64,000 bases of DNA, from positions 3,104,001 through 3,168,000 of the forward strand of contig CM000151.3 of NCBI GenBank assembly GCA_000004695.1. The letters run 5' to 3'. Below, piece after piece: positions 52,381 through 64,000 of this stretch. The notes beneath the pieces were generated by a model. The model was not told where the DNA came from and did no database searches. It saw only the letters and a list, made by a program, of their open reading frames with translations. Within the stretch, counting starts at the first letter, position 1, and every line of letters begins with the position of its first letter. Both the position numbers and the translations under genes were made by a program. The stretch comes from Dictyostelium discoideum. Lineage: Eukaryota.

Positions 52381-53360
52381 ATGATTACTAATAGATTAAT
52401 TAATTCATGTAAATCCTTAAATGGAATTGTTTCTAAAAGTTTACTAAATAATACTACTAAAAATGTTATTTTTCAACAACAACAACAAATTAGGAATATG
52501 TCGTCTTGGAAAAATTTTTTAAATCCATTTAAATATTATAAAGAAAATGCAGATACTCAACAAAAAAGAAGAGTGTAATTATTATAATTAATTATTATTA
52601 TTAATTATTATTTTTGAATTAATATTAATAGTTAGTTTTTTTTTAAAAAAAAAAAAAAAAAATAAATTTAAAAAAAAAAAAGTAAAAAAGAATTAGAAGA
52701 TGGTGTTTTATGGGATGTTAAAGAATTTATGAAAAATCCAACAATGAAAGTTTTTGTTGGATCACCAAATTTAATTAATGAATCACAAGCAGAAGTTGTA
52801 CCACAAATTAAAACAAAAGATTTGGATGGTAATAAATTGGAATTTCCAAATTGTTTAAATAAAGATAATAATGATCCATCATTATTAATCGTTTCAGTTA
52901 AACCATTTCATGCTGATAAATTTATAAAAAGTTGGTCTGAACCATTTAAAAAGGAATTCCCACAATTGGATATTCATAGTATATTTTTGGTTTCACAATT
53001 AGGTTATCAAATTTTATCACCCCTTTTAAAAAGTACTCGTAAAGGAAAGAATAATGATCTTACAGAATCTTGGTATAATTTACCAATGGCAATTAAAAGT
53101 AAATTATTATTATTTTTATTAATTATTATTATTATTATTTTAAATTTATATAATACTAATCTTTTTTTTTTTTTTTTTTTTTTTCAGAATCAAATACAAT
53201 TTTTGAAGATTTTGGTGTTACAAATCCATATTCATCATATATATTTTTAGTTGTTGATGGTAAAATTCGTTGGAAATCATCTGGTTTATCAACTCCAAAT
53301 GAAGTTGAAACTTTAAAAAAATTAACTAAATCTTTATTGGAGGATAAAAATAAAAAATAA
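52381..53360 (+). CDS. ATP10-like mitochondrial F1Fo-ATP synthase assembly factor (thioredoxin-like fold), 260 aa, 3 exons: 52381..52574, 52683..53098, 53188..53360.
   Basis: There is an N-terminal presequence-like region (MITNRLINSCKSLNGIVSKSLL..). The C-terminus reads SYIFLVVDGKIRWKSSGLSTPNEVETL, typical of the ATP10 family. Splice phases 2/1 are consistent. Confidence 0.45.
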
Positions 53361-53832
53361 AAAAAAATATAGATATTAATATAAATAATAGTTAATTAAA
53401 AAAAAAAAAAAAAAAATAAACCTTTTTATTTTTATGGTTTTTTTATTTTTTTATTTTTTTTTTTTTTATTCTGATCAACGGTTAAAAATAGATGGCTAAT
53501 TTTTAAATCTAACATTAAAACAAACACACCCAAATTTGTAATGTTTTTTTTTAAACACACAATAATTTCACACACTTACAAATAAAAAAAAAAAAAAATA
53601 AATAAATTCAAAACAATTAAAAATAAAAAAAAAAATTAAATAAATAAAAAATAAAATAATTAATCATTTAAAAAAAAAAATAAAAAAATAAAAATAAAAA
53701 ATAATAACACATATTTCTTTTTCACTCTACATATACAACACACATTGATAAAATAATAGTTTCTTTCTTTTTTTTTTTCTTTTTTTTTTTTTTTTTTATT
53801 TATAATAATATTTAAATTTATTTTTAAAAATA

Positions 53833-54892
53833 ATGAAATTAAATTATAATTTTTATTTTTTAATAATTTTATTAATATTTTTAATAATTAATAAAAATCA
53901 AAGTCAAATTGTTAAAGGACCAAAAATTTGGTCAAAACAAATTATAGATACAACATTTATGTTAAATCAAGGTATAAATTTCACAGTTAATAATATTACT
54001 AATGATTCAAATAAAATGTATCAAAGATATGATTGGTCATTTATGAGATTTTTCATACATAATAATAAAAGCAAATTATTAATGTCTACAGATTATCATC
54101 CAAGAGTTGACGAATTCACTACAATAAAAATACCAAATACTAATTTCATGGTTCAAAATGAGCATTATACAGTTTGGGCAGAATTCCCAGGTTTAAAAAA
54201 TATTTCAACATTTACAAGTGTTAGAGAGAATCAAACATTTCCATGCACATTTAATAATAGTATTGGTGTAATGGAAACTCTAACAAATTATACAGATTGT
54301 AAAAATAATACAAGTGGAAATTATACAAAAGAAGTTATAGTGAATACTGAAACTTTTAAATTGTATCCAATAATTTTACCACCAAAACATATATTTTCAA
54401 ATTTAACTCAATCATTTGTAAATTATTTTACAATTATTGTTCAATTAGAGAATGGTAAAATTGTTGATGCTGTTTGGGATGGTGATAGAATTCCTGGTAT
54501 GTGTGAAAAACAGTGTGATCAATGTATTGATTCTCAATGTGGTGTAAAAGTTAAGGATATGAAATGTAATGAATTAAGAGATAATGATAAATTATCAAAT
54601 TCAACAATAATTAATGGTACAACAACAACAACAACAACTACTACTGGCACATCAACAACTACACCATCTTCTACTCCGATTTTAATTAGAGATGGAATAC
54701 CAATTAATGGTTGTCAAGTTAAATCTTTTATTGCTTGGGCTGGTGTAGATAGGTTGGGTAAACCTTGCCAATCAATTAATAAAATACCTTCAAAATTTCA
54801 AGAATATTCTGCAACTTCAATAAAGAAAATTGGTACTGGTTTATTAACTGATTTCTTATATCGTGTTAATGACCAAAATAATCCAAATACTC

Positions 54893-54897
<5 letters not shown>
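53833..54897 (+). CDS. Secreted Cys-containing protein, family member B (354 aa), intronless paralog of the 34626 gene.
   Basis: Signal peptide MKLNYNFYFLIILLIFLIINKNQSQ. It shares all the conserved blocks listed for member A, plus a Thr-rich linker (TTTTTTTTTGTSTTTPSSTP). Confidence 0.75.
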
Positions 54898-54926
<29 letters not shown>

Positions 54927-55188
54927 ATTTATGTAAAATCAAATTGATACAAATTAATAAATTAAAAATAAAAGAAAATAATTTTTTTAATTAAAATATT
55001 AAAGTACGATAGTATATTAGTTTTAATTTTTTTTTTTTTTTTTTATTTTTAATTTTATTTTATTTTTTTTTTTTAATATTTATTTTTCTATTTTTAGAGT
55101 GGGGTTAATTAATGTCACTTTTTATAGTTGAAATTATATACACAAGATTATTATACTATTGCCAACCATGAATATTAATTTATTTTAA

Positions 55189-55219
<31 letters not shown>

Positions 55220-55374
55220 TAGTATTTAAATTGTAAATATTTTTTTTTTTTTAAAAAATTATACTATTTAATTTATTTATTTATTTATTTATTTATTCAT
55301 TAATTATATATTCATTTATTATAATAAGAATAAAAAAAAAAAAAAATTGTTTAAAAAAAAAAAAAAAAAAAAAA

Positions 55375-56613
55375 ATGAAAATTTTAAAATCATTAATTAT
55401 TGCATTTTCAATTGTTGGTGCAGTATTATCAAGTAATCAATGTAATGAAGATTATGAATGTGGTGTTGGATATCCATATGCAGCATGTAATGGTGGTTTA
55501 AATGTTTATCCAGGTATTAGTATGGATGGGAATGATAATTTAATTATTGCAGGTAAATTTAATAGTTCACAAGGTGGTCCATTTGGTACACCAAAAATGT
55601 TTAATATTCCAACTTCAGGTAATGGAAGTAATGAAATTTCTCAAAGAATTAATATCAATGGTGAAATTGAAAGTGGTGCAGGATCATTCAAACTTTATTC
55701 ATTCTATGATTATTTACCCCAATCAAATTATTATTATGTATTAATGAATCAAGGTGGATCAGCACCAATTTTCTCACTTATAGATGCAAATAATGGTGGT
55801 GATAAAGTTAAATATGTTTTCAATATTTTCAATACACCATTCGTTCCAATTTTTGATGATATTGAAAAATCAATGATCTATGGTGCTTATGGTATTTATA
55901 AATTAAATAAATTACCAACACAAAGAAGTGATGCTCAAGATGCAACATTAATTTATCAATCACAAATTGTTAATGGTTTAGCAAAAGATGGTAATGATTT
56001 ATATATGTCAACTTATGATGGTAAATTCTTAAAAGGTAAAGCTGATTGTTCAAATTGTACAAAAGATCAATTGATTGAAATTGGTAGTGATACTGATGCA
56101 AGTCATTTAACTGATTTCTTAGTCGAGGGTGATTTAATTGTATTCTCTCATTCAAATGGTATAACTGCTTATTCAAAATCTGCTAACTCTAATCAAGCCA
56201 TTAAATTAATCACTGGTGAAAATGTAATTTCAATGGTTTCAAAGGGTGGTGTCATTTATTATACAACTAAAGATGGTATTGTTAAATCAATTGGTATTGA
56301 TGGTAAAAATGGTAAAACTATTTATACACCAACTTCCAATCATCAATGTCAAGCTGCTGTTGGTTTCCAATCAATTGATGGTGTTTGTAAAGGTAAAACC
56401 TTATGGTATAATGGTATTCCAACTTGTACTCCATTAGGTGAAGGTGGTATCCCTGCTCAATGTTTCACAAGTGTTGATTGTGGTCCAACTCCATATTTCA
56501 CTTGTAATGGTACTTGTGGATGTGTTAATAATTTCAGTGGTTTAGATTGTACTCATTGTGATGGTAATGTTGAATGGTTAAATGGTATCCCATTATGTCA
56601 AATTCCACAATAA
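55375..56613 (+). CDS. Secreted protein (412 aa) with a C-terminal laminin-type EGF-like Cys module. Function unknown.
   Basis: Signal peptide MKILKSLIIAFSIVGAVLS. The C-terminal Cys pattern is CQAAVGFQSIDGVCKGK...CTPLGEGGIPAQCFTSVDCGPTPYFTCNGTCGCVNNFSGLDCTHCDGN. It is a complete ATG..TAA ORF. Confidence 0.6.
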   Translation: MKILKSLIIAFSIVGAVLSSNQCNEDYECGVGYPYAACNGGLNVYPGISMDGNDNLIIAGKFNSSQGGPFGTPKMFNIPTSGNGSNEISQRININGEIESGAGSFKLYSFYDYLPQSNYYYVLMNQGGSAPIFSLIDANNGGDKVKYVFNIFNTPFVPIFDDIEKSMIYGAYGIYKLNKLPTQRSDAQDATLIYQSQIVNGLAKDGNDLYMSTYDGKFLKGKADCSNCTKDQLIEIGSDTDASHLTDFLVEGDLIVFSHSNGITAYSKSANSNQAIKLITGENVISMVSKGGVIYYTTKDGIVKSIGIDGKNGKTIYTPTSNHQCQAAVGFQSIDGVCKGKTLWYNGIPTCTPLGEGGIPAQCFTSVDCGPTPYFTCNGTCGCVNNFSGLDCTHCDGNVEWLNGIPLCQIPQ

Positions 56614-56956
56614 TTTAATTTAATTTAATATTAACTTTAAAAAAAAAATAAAAAATAAAAAATAAAAAAAAAATAAAAAAAAAAAAAAAATATTCTTTTA
56701 ATATACAATAAATACTTTCCCACCATTGTAAAATGGTCAGAAAGTTATAAAAATTTCATTTAATTTTCCAATCCAATCAATATCAAAAATTAAAATTAAA
56801 AAAAAAATAAAAAAAAAATAAAATTGGATTTCTTTTTTTTTTTTTTTTTTTTTTCATAAAGAACAGTAAAAGAAGATAAGTGGGTTCCTAATAATAATTT
56901 TTTTATTTTATTTTTTTTTTTTTTTTTTTTTAACCACATCATTATCATCACATATT

Positions 56957-56987
<31 letters not shown>

Positions 56988-57300
56988 CATTTAAAAAAAA
57001 GTGCAATCACTATAAAACCAATTAAATATATAAATAAATAAATTTAATAAATATAATATTTTAATAAATTTATTTATAATATGAATAGAAAAAGACGTAA
57101 ATTATAAAATCCTTTTTTTTTTTAATCAATTTTCACAAATTTATTATTTAATTATTATTTTTATTATTTTAAAAAATTTTTATATTAAAAATTATTTAAA
57201 AAGAAATTTATTTATTTGTTTATATCCCCTTCTCTTTTCCCTCCCCCTCCCCAAAAAAAAAAAAAAAAAAAACTAAATATTATAATATTAATTTAAAAGA

Positions 57301-57573
57301 ATGGTTTTATCAAAGTTCCCAATTTTCTCAAGAAACTTACCATTGGTTAATTTGGTGATTGCAACTAGTGCATTAGGTTTTCAAATTACTGTATTATATC
57401 CATGGCACTTAGAAATTGATAGTAGCCATAAAGATTTAATTAAAAAAATGGAAGAACATGAAAAGTTATTAGAAAAAGGTAATCGTGTTATTAATCCAAA
57501 TATAATTGAAACTTCAAACTCAATTAAACAACAGCAATCAATTCCACCAACAATACTCCAAAAAGAAAAATAA
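57301..57573 (+). CDS. Small hypothetical protein (90 aa) with one predicted TM helix.
   Basis: ATG ORF MVLSKFPIFSRNLPLVNLVIATSALGFQITVLYPWH..., non-repetitive. No family recognised. Confidence 0.35.
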   Translation: MVLSKFPIFSRNLPLVNLVIATSALGFQITVLYPWHLEIDSSHKDLIKKMEEHEKLLEKGNRVINPNIIETSNSIKQQQSIPPTILQKEK

Positions 57574-58685
57574 AAATATTACACTGAACCAATTAAAATG
57601 CTGAGATTTTCCCTAATTAAAATCTCTTTTCATTTTTTTTTTATCCAAAAAAGGAAAAAAAAAAAAATAATAATCCTCTTGGTATGGGTTCTGTTTTTCA
57701 TATTCTAAAAATATTAATAAAATCACATAATTTCTTGTTTCACTAAAAATTTCCTTATTTATATATATCTCATTCTTTTTGTTTTAATTTTTATCTTTTA
57801 TTTTATTTTTTTTTTTATTTATTTGAAAATATTTCATATTATTTTAAAATATTTTATTAATTATTCATATTTTTATATAAAATTAATTTTATACCATTGT
57901 TTATCTTGGTTAATATGTAATGAAGTTTTTTTGGTTGATACCAAAAAAAAAAAAAAAATAATTTTAAAATCCCAAAAAAAAAAAAAAAAAAAAAAAACAA
58001 GACCCAACCGACCTAAACCATGAGTCATACTGGATAAAAAAAAAATAATAAAATAAAAAAAAATAAAATAATAAAATAAATGAAATCATATTAGTTTATG
58101 TTTTTCACAAACTATTTTTATAAAATATTCATTGATTTTATTGTTTTATTAATAAAAAACTTTTCAAAGTTAAAGTGGGAGATTTTTTATTTTTTTTTTT
58201 TTTATAACTCAATTTGGTAAATTTAATTTTTTCAGATTTTAATTTTTTTTTTTTTTTTTTTTTTATCCAACTTATTTTTAAAAATAATTATTTTTTTACA
58301 ATAAAATGTTCGTTGCAAAAAAAAAAAAAAAAAAAAAATGAGATAACCAATGGAATCAATCTAAAACTATTTATAAAATTTGATTTATCAAAAAATTAAA
58401 GGAATTGGATTGGTTTAAAAAAAAATAAAAAAAAAAAATGAAAATATTAAACTTTTATAAATAATGATAATATTTTTTTTTATTTTTTTTGGTTTTTTAA
58501 ATTAATAAATTATTATTTCATTGTAATTTTAATTATTTTTATTAAATTATTACCGAACTATTTTTTTAAACCAATTTAATTTTTTTTTTTTTTTAAAAAA
58601 GCAACATTTTTAATTATTTTTTTTTTTTTTTTACAACTTTAATTTATAATAATAAAAAAATAAAACAAACGGATAAAACTAACAA

Positions 58686-58716
<31 letters not shown>

Positions 58717-58719
<3 letters not shown>

Positions 58720-58825
58720 AAAATAATATTAACATTATTAATAATATTATTTTCATTAAATAAAAATTTAAATTTTGTTAGTTCAGAAGTAACAAAAAGT
58801 CGTATGTATATTATTTTTAAATAAT

Positions 58826-58874
<49 letters not shown>

Positions 58875-58888
58875 AATTAACAAATAAA

Positions 58889-58928
<40 letters not shown>

Positions 58929-60974
58929 TTTTTATTATTAAGTTGTTCAATTTTTGATCAATTACCAAAATTAAATAGTGATTTTGAACCAGATTATGGT
59001 GATATTTCAGTTGGAATGATAAAAAATGTATTGGAAGGTGATAGTCCAACATTAGCATCAAATGATCCAAATTTTAAACCATTTGTAAATGGTAAATTAA
59101 AAAATTTAAATTTATTTCCAACATGGTTTAATAAAAACCATACACAAAATGTAATGTTATTAAAGAAATTAAATTTAACATTGGATAAATCATCAAATAT
59201 TTATTCATTTGTAAAGGATGATTTCTTTCCAATTGATTATCAAGGTTGGGATGTTGATGAGAGTAATAGAATCTATTATGGTGGTAGAATTTTTACAGCC
59301 TATCATAACTTTCATTATTGTTTAAAGATTAATTCAGTATTCTTTTATCAAGGTACTGAAACTTTTAAATTTGAAGGTGATGATGATGTTTGGGTATTTA
59401 TTGATAAGAAGTTGGTCTTGGATTTAGGTGGTTTACATCCTGCTAGAAGAGGTACTGTTGATTTGACAAAGTTGGGTTTACAAGTTAACAAAACCTATTC
59501 CTTTGATTTCTTTTATTGTGAAAGACATACACCCTATAGTAAAATGAAAATTCAAACTGATATTCAAGCATTTTGTGCATGGTCTGATTATTGTGGTGTT
59601 TGTCAAGGTGATGGTTCAACATGTTGTAATAAAGACCTTGATTGTGATGACGATGATCCATGCACCATTGATAGTTGTCCATTACCAAATTTACCAATTC
59701 CAGGTGGTGATAAAATTTCAAAATATTGTAGACATACCAATATCACTTGTACACAACCATCAAATAATAAATGTGTAATCACTGGTTGTTCAAAAGATAC
59801 CAATGGTAAATGTGAAGTAATTGGTAATTTAGAATGTGCCGATAAATCTAAATATTGTATGACGCTAACTGGTTGTGATCCAAAACTTGGTTGTCAATAT
59901 AAATCAAATTGTATTGGTCCATGTTTAACTGGTGAATGTAATAATGGTAAATGTACCAGCATGGATGCTGATTATTGTTCCAATGAATTGGGTGAAGATC
60001 CATGTAAAATTTATAGTTGTAATGCAAAGAATGGTGGTTGTATGGCAACTCCAAAATGTACTTCCCCTTCCTCCTCCAATCCATGTGTTATTCCAACTTG
60101 CTCCGCTGATAAAGGTGTTTGTGGTACATACACTCAAAATAGTACAGAATGTAATTGTAATTGTAAATTAAACCCATGTCAAAAGAATAACTGTGATCAA
60201 AGTGTAAATCCACCAGTTTGCTCCCCACTACCAATTGATACCATTGATGATGGTAATCCATGTACAATCGATATTTGTGATAAAATAACTGGTAGTGTTA
60301 AACATACTCCAATGGAATGTTCTGGTTGTACCAAATGTAATAATGGAAAATGTATTCCAATTGAATCCAATTGTGATGATGGTAATTTATGTACCATTGA
60401 TCAATGTATGAACAATGGTAGTTGTATTCACACACCTCTATCATGTAATATCACCAATCCATGTATGGATTATACTTGTAATGCTGATATTGGCTGTGTT
60501 GGTGTACCAAAAATTTGTCCAAACAAAGGTAATTGTCTAATTGGTTATTGTGATGCTGGTGAATGTAAATTAAAAGATCGTATTTGTGACTCACCTTCAT
60601 TTTGTCAAATTTCTCAATGTTCCGATGTGACTGGTTGTATTGTTTTCGATAAAGTTTGTATACCTTCAAATCCAAAATGTGAAACTGGTGTTTGTATAAA
60701 TGCTACTTCAACTGAACCAGGAAGATGTGAATCGGTTGATTTTGATCCAAAACCTTTTGTTTGTAAACCCGCTGCAATCATATCAACCTCTGTTATTGTT
60801 GGTGTTTCAGTCGCTGCTGCTGTAGTTGCCATTGCTATTGTAGTTGCTTCTAAAAAAGGTTATGATGCATGGGCTGCTTCAAATAATAATTCTCTTGCAT
60901 CTTTAACTTCAAATCCTTTATATGAAAATCCAACTGGAAATGGTGATAATCCAATGTATCAACCAAATTCTTAA
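58717..60974 (+). CDS. PA14-domain type-I membrane protein of the Dictyostelium psi (psiA-like) family. Exons 58717..58801 and 58927..60974.
   Basis: Exon 1 is the signal peptide (MKIILTLLIILFSLNKNLNFVSSEVTKS, GTATGT donor, phase 1). Exon 2 carries the PA14 domain (FPIDYQGWDVDESNRIYYGGRIFTAYHNFHYCLKINSVFFYQGTETFKFEGDDDVWVFIDKKLVLDLGG), then more than 20 C.....C..D.C-type Cys repeats, a TM helix (IISTSVIVGVSVAAAVVAIAIVVA) and a tail with NPLYENP and NPMYQPN. Confidence 0.7.
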
Positions 60975-61184
60975 AAAAAAAAAAAAAAATAAAAAAAAAA
61001 AAAAAACAATTAAATTTTAATTTAAATAAAAATAAAACTATCTAAAAATATTGAAATAAAAAGTTTTGTTATTTTTTAATTTATTATAAAAAGCCCTTGC
61101 TGAGTTTTTTTTTCTTTGAAAGAAATGGGTTTAAAAATAAAAAGTCATAAAAAAAAAAAAAAAAATCAAAAAAAAAAAAAAAAT

Positions 61185-61219
<35 letters not shown>

Positions 61220-61260
61220 AAAAACAAAATACAGTTTCTCAAAAATAAATAAACAAATAA

Positions 61261-61363
61261 ATGGCCGATTACAATTGTATTGTATGTGTAATTTTATTAC
61301 ATAATATAAATAACTATTTAAAAAAAATAATTGTTTTCTAATTTTTTTATTATAATTATAATT

Positions 61364-61397
<34 letters not shown>

Positions 61398-61782
61398 TTT
61401 TGATAAAATAAAATAAAATAAAATAAAATAAAATAAAATAAAATAAAATAAAATAAAATAAAATAAAATAAAAATTGTTTAGATAAAATTACCAAATGGT
61501 GGTATTGTAAAAGTATTTTTTCAAGAATCATTAACAATTAAACAATTAAAACAAACTATTGCACAATCAATTCCAGGTTCAAATGAAGATTCATTAGTTA
61601 TTTCATTATCACCAAATACAGCTGATCAAACTAAAATAGTTAAAGCAATTAATTGGACAAAGTATTTAACTATTGATTGTGTAAAGAAAGCTTACCCTTT
61701 AGGTTTTGTTAATGCTTCTTCAATTGAATTTCCAGATGGCACTGATTCTTTTATCATGAGATTATATGTAACCTCAAAATAA
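61261..61782 (+). CDS. Small protein (108 aa) of unknown family, 2 exons: 61261..61287 and 61483..61782.
   Basis: MADYNCIVC|GTAATT...(AAAAT)14...TTGTTTAG|IKLPNGGIVKVFFQESLTIKQLKQTIAQSIPG...IEFPDGTDSFIMRLYVTSK. It is in frame (phase 0) and non-repetitive. Confidence 0.4.
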
Positions 61783-62264
61783 ATAAATAATATAATAAAC
61801 AAATTGTACTTTTAAAAAAAAAAAAAAAAACATAGAATAAAAAATATTGGTGGTTTTTGTTAATTTATTTCCTTGAATCAATTGATTCTTCAACATGAGA
61901 TTATTAAAGTTTAAAATAAAAAAAAATAAAAATAAAAATAGAAAAATGAAAATATATTATTTGTGTAAAAAACATAACCCTGGTTTATTTTTCACTTAAA
62001 ATGTTTTTTTTTAAACAAAAAAAAAAATAAATAAAGATATTTTTTGGGGTTTGTCATTTTTGAAAAATATCTGTTTAGAAAATGAAATTTTTTAAGAAAG
62101 AGAAATAAAATGGATTGGAAGGGTTTTGTTTGCTGGTATTTTATTTAATTAGCTTTGCCAACTTTTATTATTTTGGTTAAAAAGTGAAAATTTTTTTATA
62201 CCAGTCCAAAAAAAAAAAAAAAAAAAAAAATTTAAAATGTTAAAAAAAAAAAAAAAAATTAAAA

Positions 62265-62301
<37 letters not shown>

Positions 62302-62540
62302 ATTAAGCAAACAATCAGAAATTTTTTTGAATTTTTTTTAGCTGATTAATTTTCAAATCAAAAAAAGTGTGCGTAACACCAAATTGACCAATTCTAAAAA
62401 AAAGTTTTTTTTTTTATTATCAAATTACACAGAAAATTTTTTTCTTTTTTTTTTTTTTTTTCTTCTTCTTTGTGTTGGGTTGTAGTTATTATTTATTATT
62501 TATTTATTTGTTCATTTATTTTTGTACCATGAATTAATTT

Positions 62541-62640
62541 TTAAATCAAAAAAAACAAAAAAAAAAACAAAAAAAAAAACAAAAAAAAAAAAACAAAAAA
62601 AAAAAAAACAAAAAAAAAACAAAAAAAAAACAAAAAAAGA
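62541..62640 (+). repeat. (C A9-13)n minisatellite directly abutting the cblA ATG.
   Basis: caaaaaaaaaacaaaaaaaaaacaaaaaaaaaaaaacaaaaaaaaaaaaaac... with about 8 units, ending 10 nt before ATG 62651. Confidence 0.9.
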
Positions 62641-62650
62641 AAAAAAAAAA

Positions 62651-62752
62651 ATGAATAGAGCCACAATAACAAGTAATAAATCAAATGCTCCTTCATTTTT
62701 AAGTATTCCTTTACTAGCTCACAATAACAACATTAATAATAATAATAATAAC

Positions 62753-62783
<31 letters not shown>

Positions 62784-64000
62784 ATAGTAACAATAATGGT
62801 ACAACCACAACAACTACAACAACTACAATAACAACAATATCATATAAAAATAATATAAGTGAATTAATTACAATTATTGATAAAATTATTAAAGATTTAA
62901 ATAATTTTAAATCAAAAACGGTTTTAAATGATCAAGAATTTTCAGAATTAAATAATACAATACAATTTACAAAAACATCATTAGTTAATTATATTCATTA
63001 TGAAAATGAAAATAAAATCAATTTCAATCTATCAGATTCAAAAATAATTTGTAGTGAAATTAAAATCATTGAATATGGTATTGAATCATTTATATTTTCA
63101 ATATGTAAACTTTATCAAGATTTAATTCAATTTCAACAACTTTTATTAAAACTTTCATCACCTCCAACCACAATCACCTTTAACACAACAATCAATTCAA
63201 CAAATTCTTTTACTTCAAATTTAATTATAAATAATCTTTTAAAAGTTGATTCAATTTTAAAACAATCAATTGACCAATTATTAGCATTATTTCCACCATC
63301 ATCGTCATCATTGAATAATGAAAATAATAATAATAATAATAATAATTATAATCCATATGAATTATTAAGTAATGAAGCAAAAGTATTGTGGAATCAATTT
63401 GGTGGAAATAAAATAACATTTGTGCCATGGTCAATATTTTTTAAAGGATTTCAAAAGTTTTTCAATAAGGAGATATTAGCTTATGAATCAAGTTTAAGAT
63501 ATACATTAGATTTCACCCGGGATGGTTATGTTACACCATTCAAGCTATCAGTATTTATAAAATGGTTTGGAGCATTACCTGTATCACTTGGTATATTTCA
63601 AGATGTTATAAACTCAAAGATATTCAGTGGTTTCATATCTGGTATAGAGGCAACACAATTGTTATCGAGACAACAAGTTGGTTATTATTTATTACGTTGT
63701 AGTAAAACTATTGTTGGTGCATTCGCTATCACTTTTGTTGATTCTACAAATCATATTAGACATTGTTTACTCTATCCAGTGACTTCTTCAATCAATGGTG
63801 GTTTAACACTTCAAAAACCACCCGATATTTTTAAAAGTATTTTATCTTTTATTTTATCTTTTTCTTCAAAATTAAAATATCCAATTGGTCCTTTAGATAA
63901 TGATTTATTACCACCATTATCAATAATTAATAATAATCCAATTTTAATTTTACCTGATGAAAATAATAATAATCAAAATAATAATCAAAATAATAATAAT
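62651..64000 (+). CDS. cblA: Cbl-family E3 ubiquitin ligase, N-terminal TKB region (4H bundle, EF-hand, variant SH2). 3'-partial; continues beyond the window.
   Basis: ITFVPWSIFFKGFQ..LDFTRDGYVTPFKLSVFIKWFGALPVSL..GFISGIEATQLLSRQQVGYYLLRCSKTIVGAFAITFVDSTNHIRHCLLY aligns block for block with the human CBL TKB ([77 protein letters not shown]). Confidence 0.8.

Overview
This is AT-rich (about 75-80% A+T) eukaryotic genomic DNA. It has the hallmarks of a dictyostelid social amoeba (Dictyostelium discoideum-like): short AT-rich introns (GTAAGT...YAG), Asn/Gln-coding (AAT)n/(CAA)n microsatellites inside ORFs, homopolymer-rich intergenic DNA, and one 100-N assembly gap. There is no prokaryotic structure (no operons, CRISPR or rRNA). 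I can support about 23 protein-coding genes. They are:
- the receiver-domain C-terminus of a hybrid histidine kinase (partial, 5' end of window)
- a 6-exon VPS35-like alpha-solenoid gene
- an intronless small heat-shock protein
- a 5-exon dipeptidyl-peptidase III gene (minus strand)
- a 5-exon P-loop 2-phosphoglycerate-kinase-like gene with a long Asn/Asp-rich tail
- a coactosin-like ADF-H gene, immediately followed by a second ADF-H unit with no start codon
- a giant gene of about 17 kb and about 5,600 codons, carrying three AAA+/P-loop modules
- two paralogous secreted Cys-rich proteins, one with 3 introns and one intronless
- TRAPPC1/Bet5
- two tandem 63-aa secreted Cys6 peptides
- two tandem intronless SET+MYND (SMYD) methyltransferase genes
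- a Harbinger/PIF-type DDE transposase-derived gene
- importin-alpha
- an ATP10-like mitochondrial assembly factor
- a secreted laminin-EGF-like protein
- a small TM protein
- a PA14-domain psi-family type-I membrane protein
- a 108-aa protein of unknown fold
- the N-terminal TKB (4H/EF/SH2) region of a Cbl ubiquitin ligase (partial, 3' end of window)
I recognised no tRNA or rRNA genes by eye. Many ORF-track entries are mirror-strand or poly-K/poly-L translations of low-complexity tracts. Several ORF-track starts are TTG rather than ATG; the real exons extend upstream by splicing.
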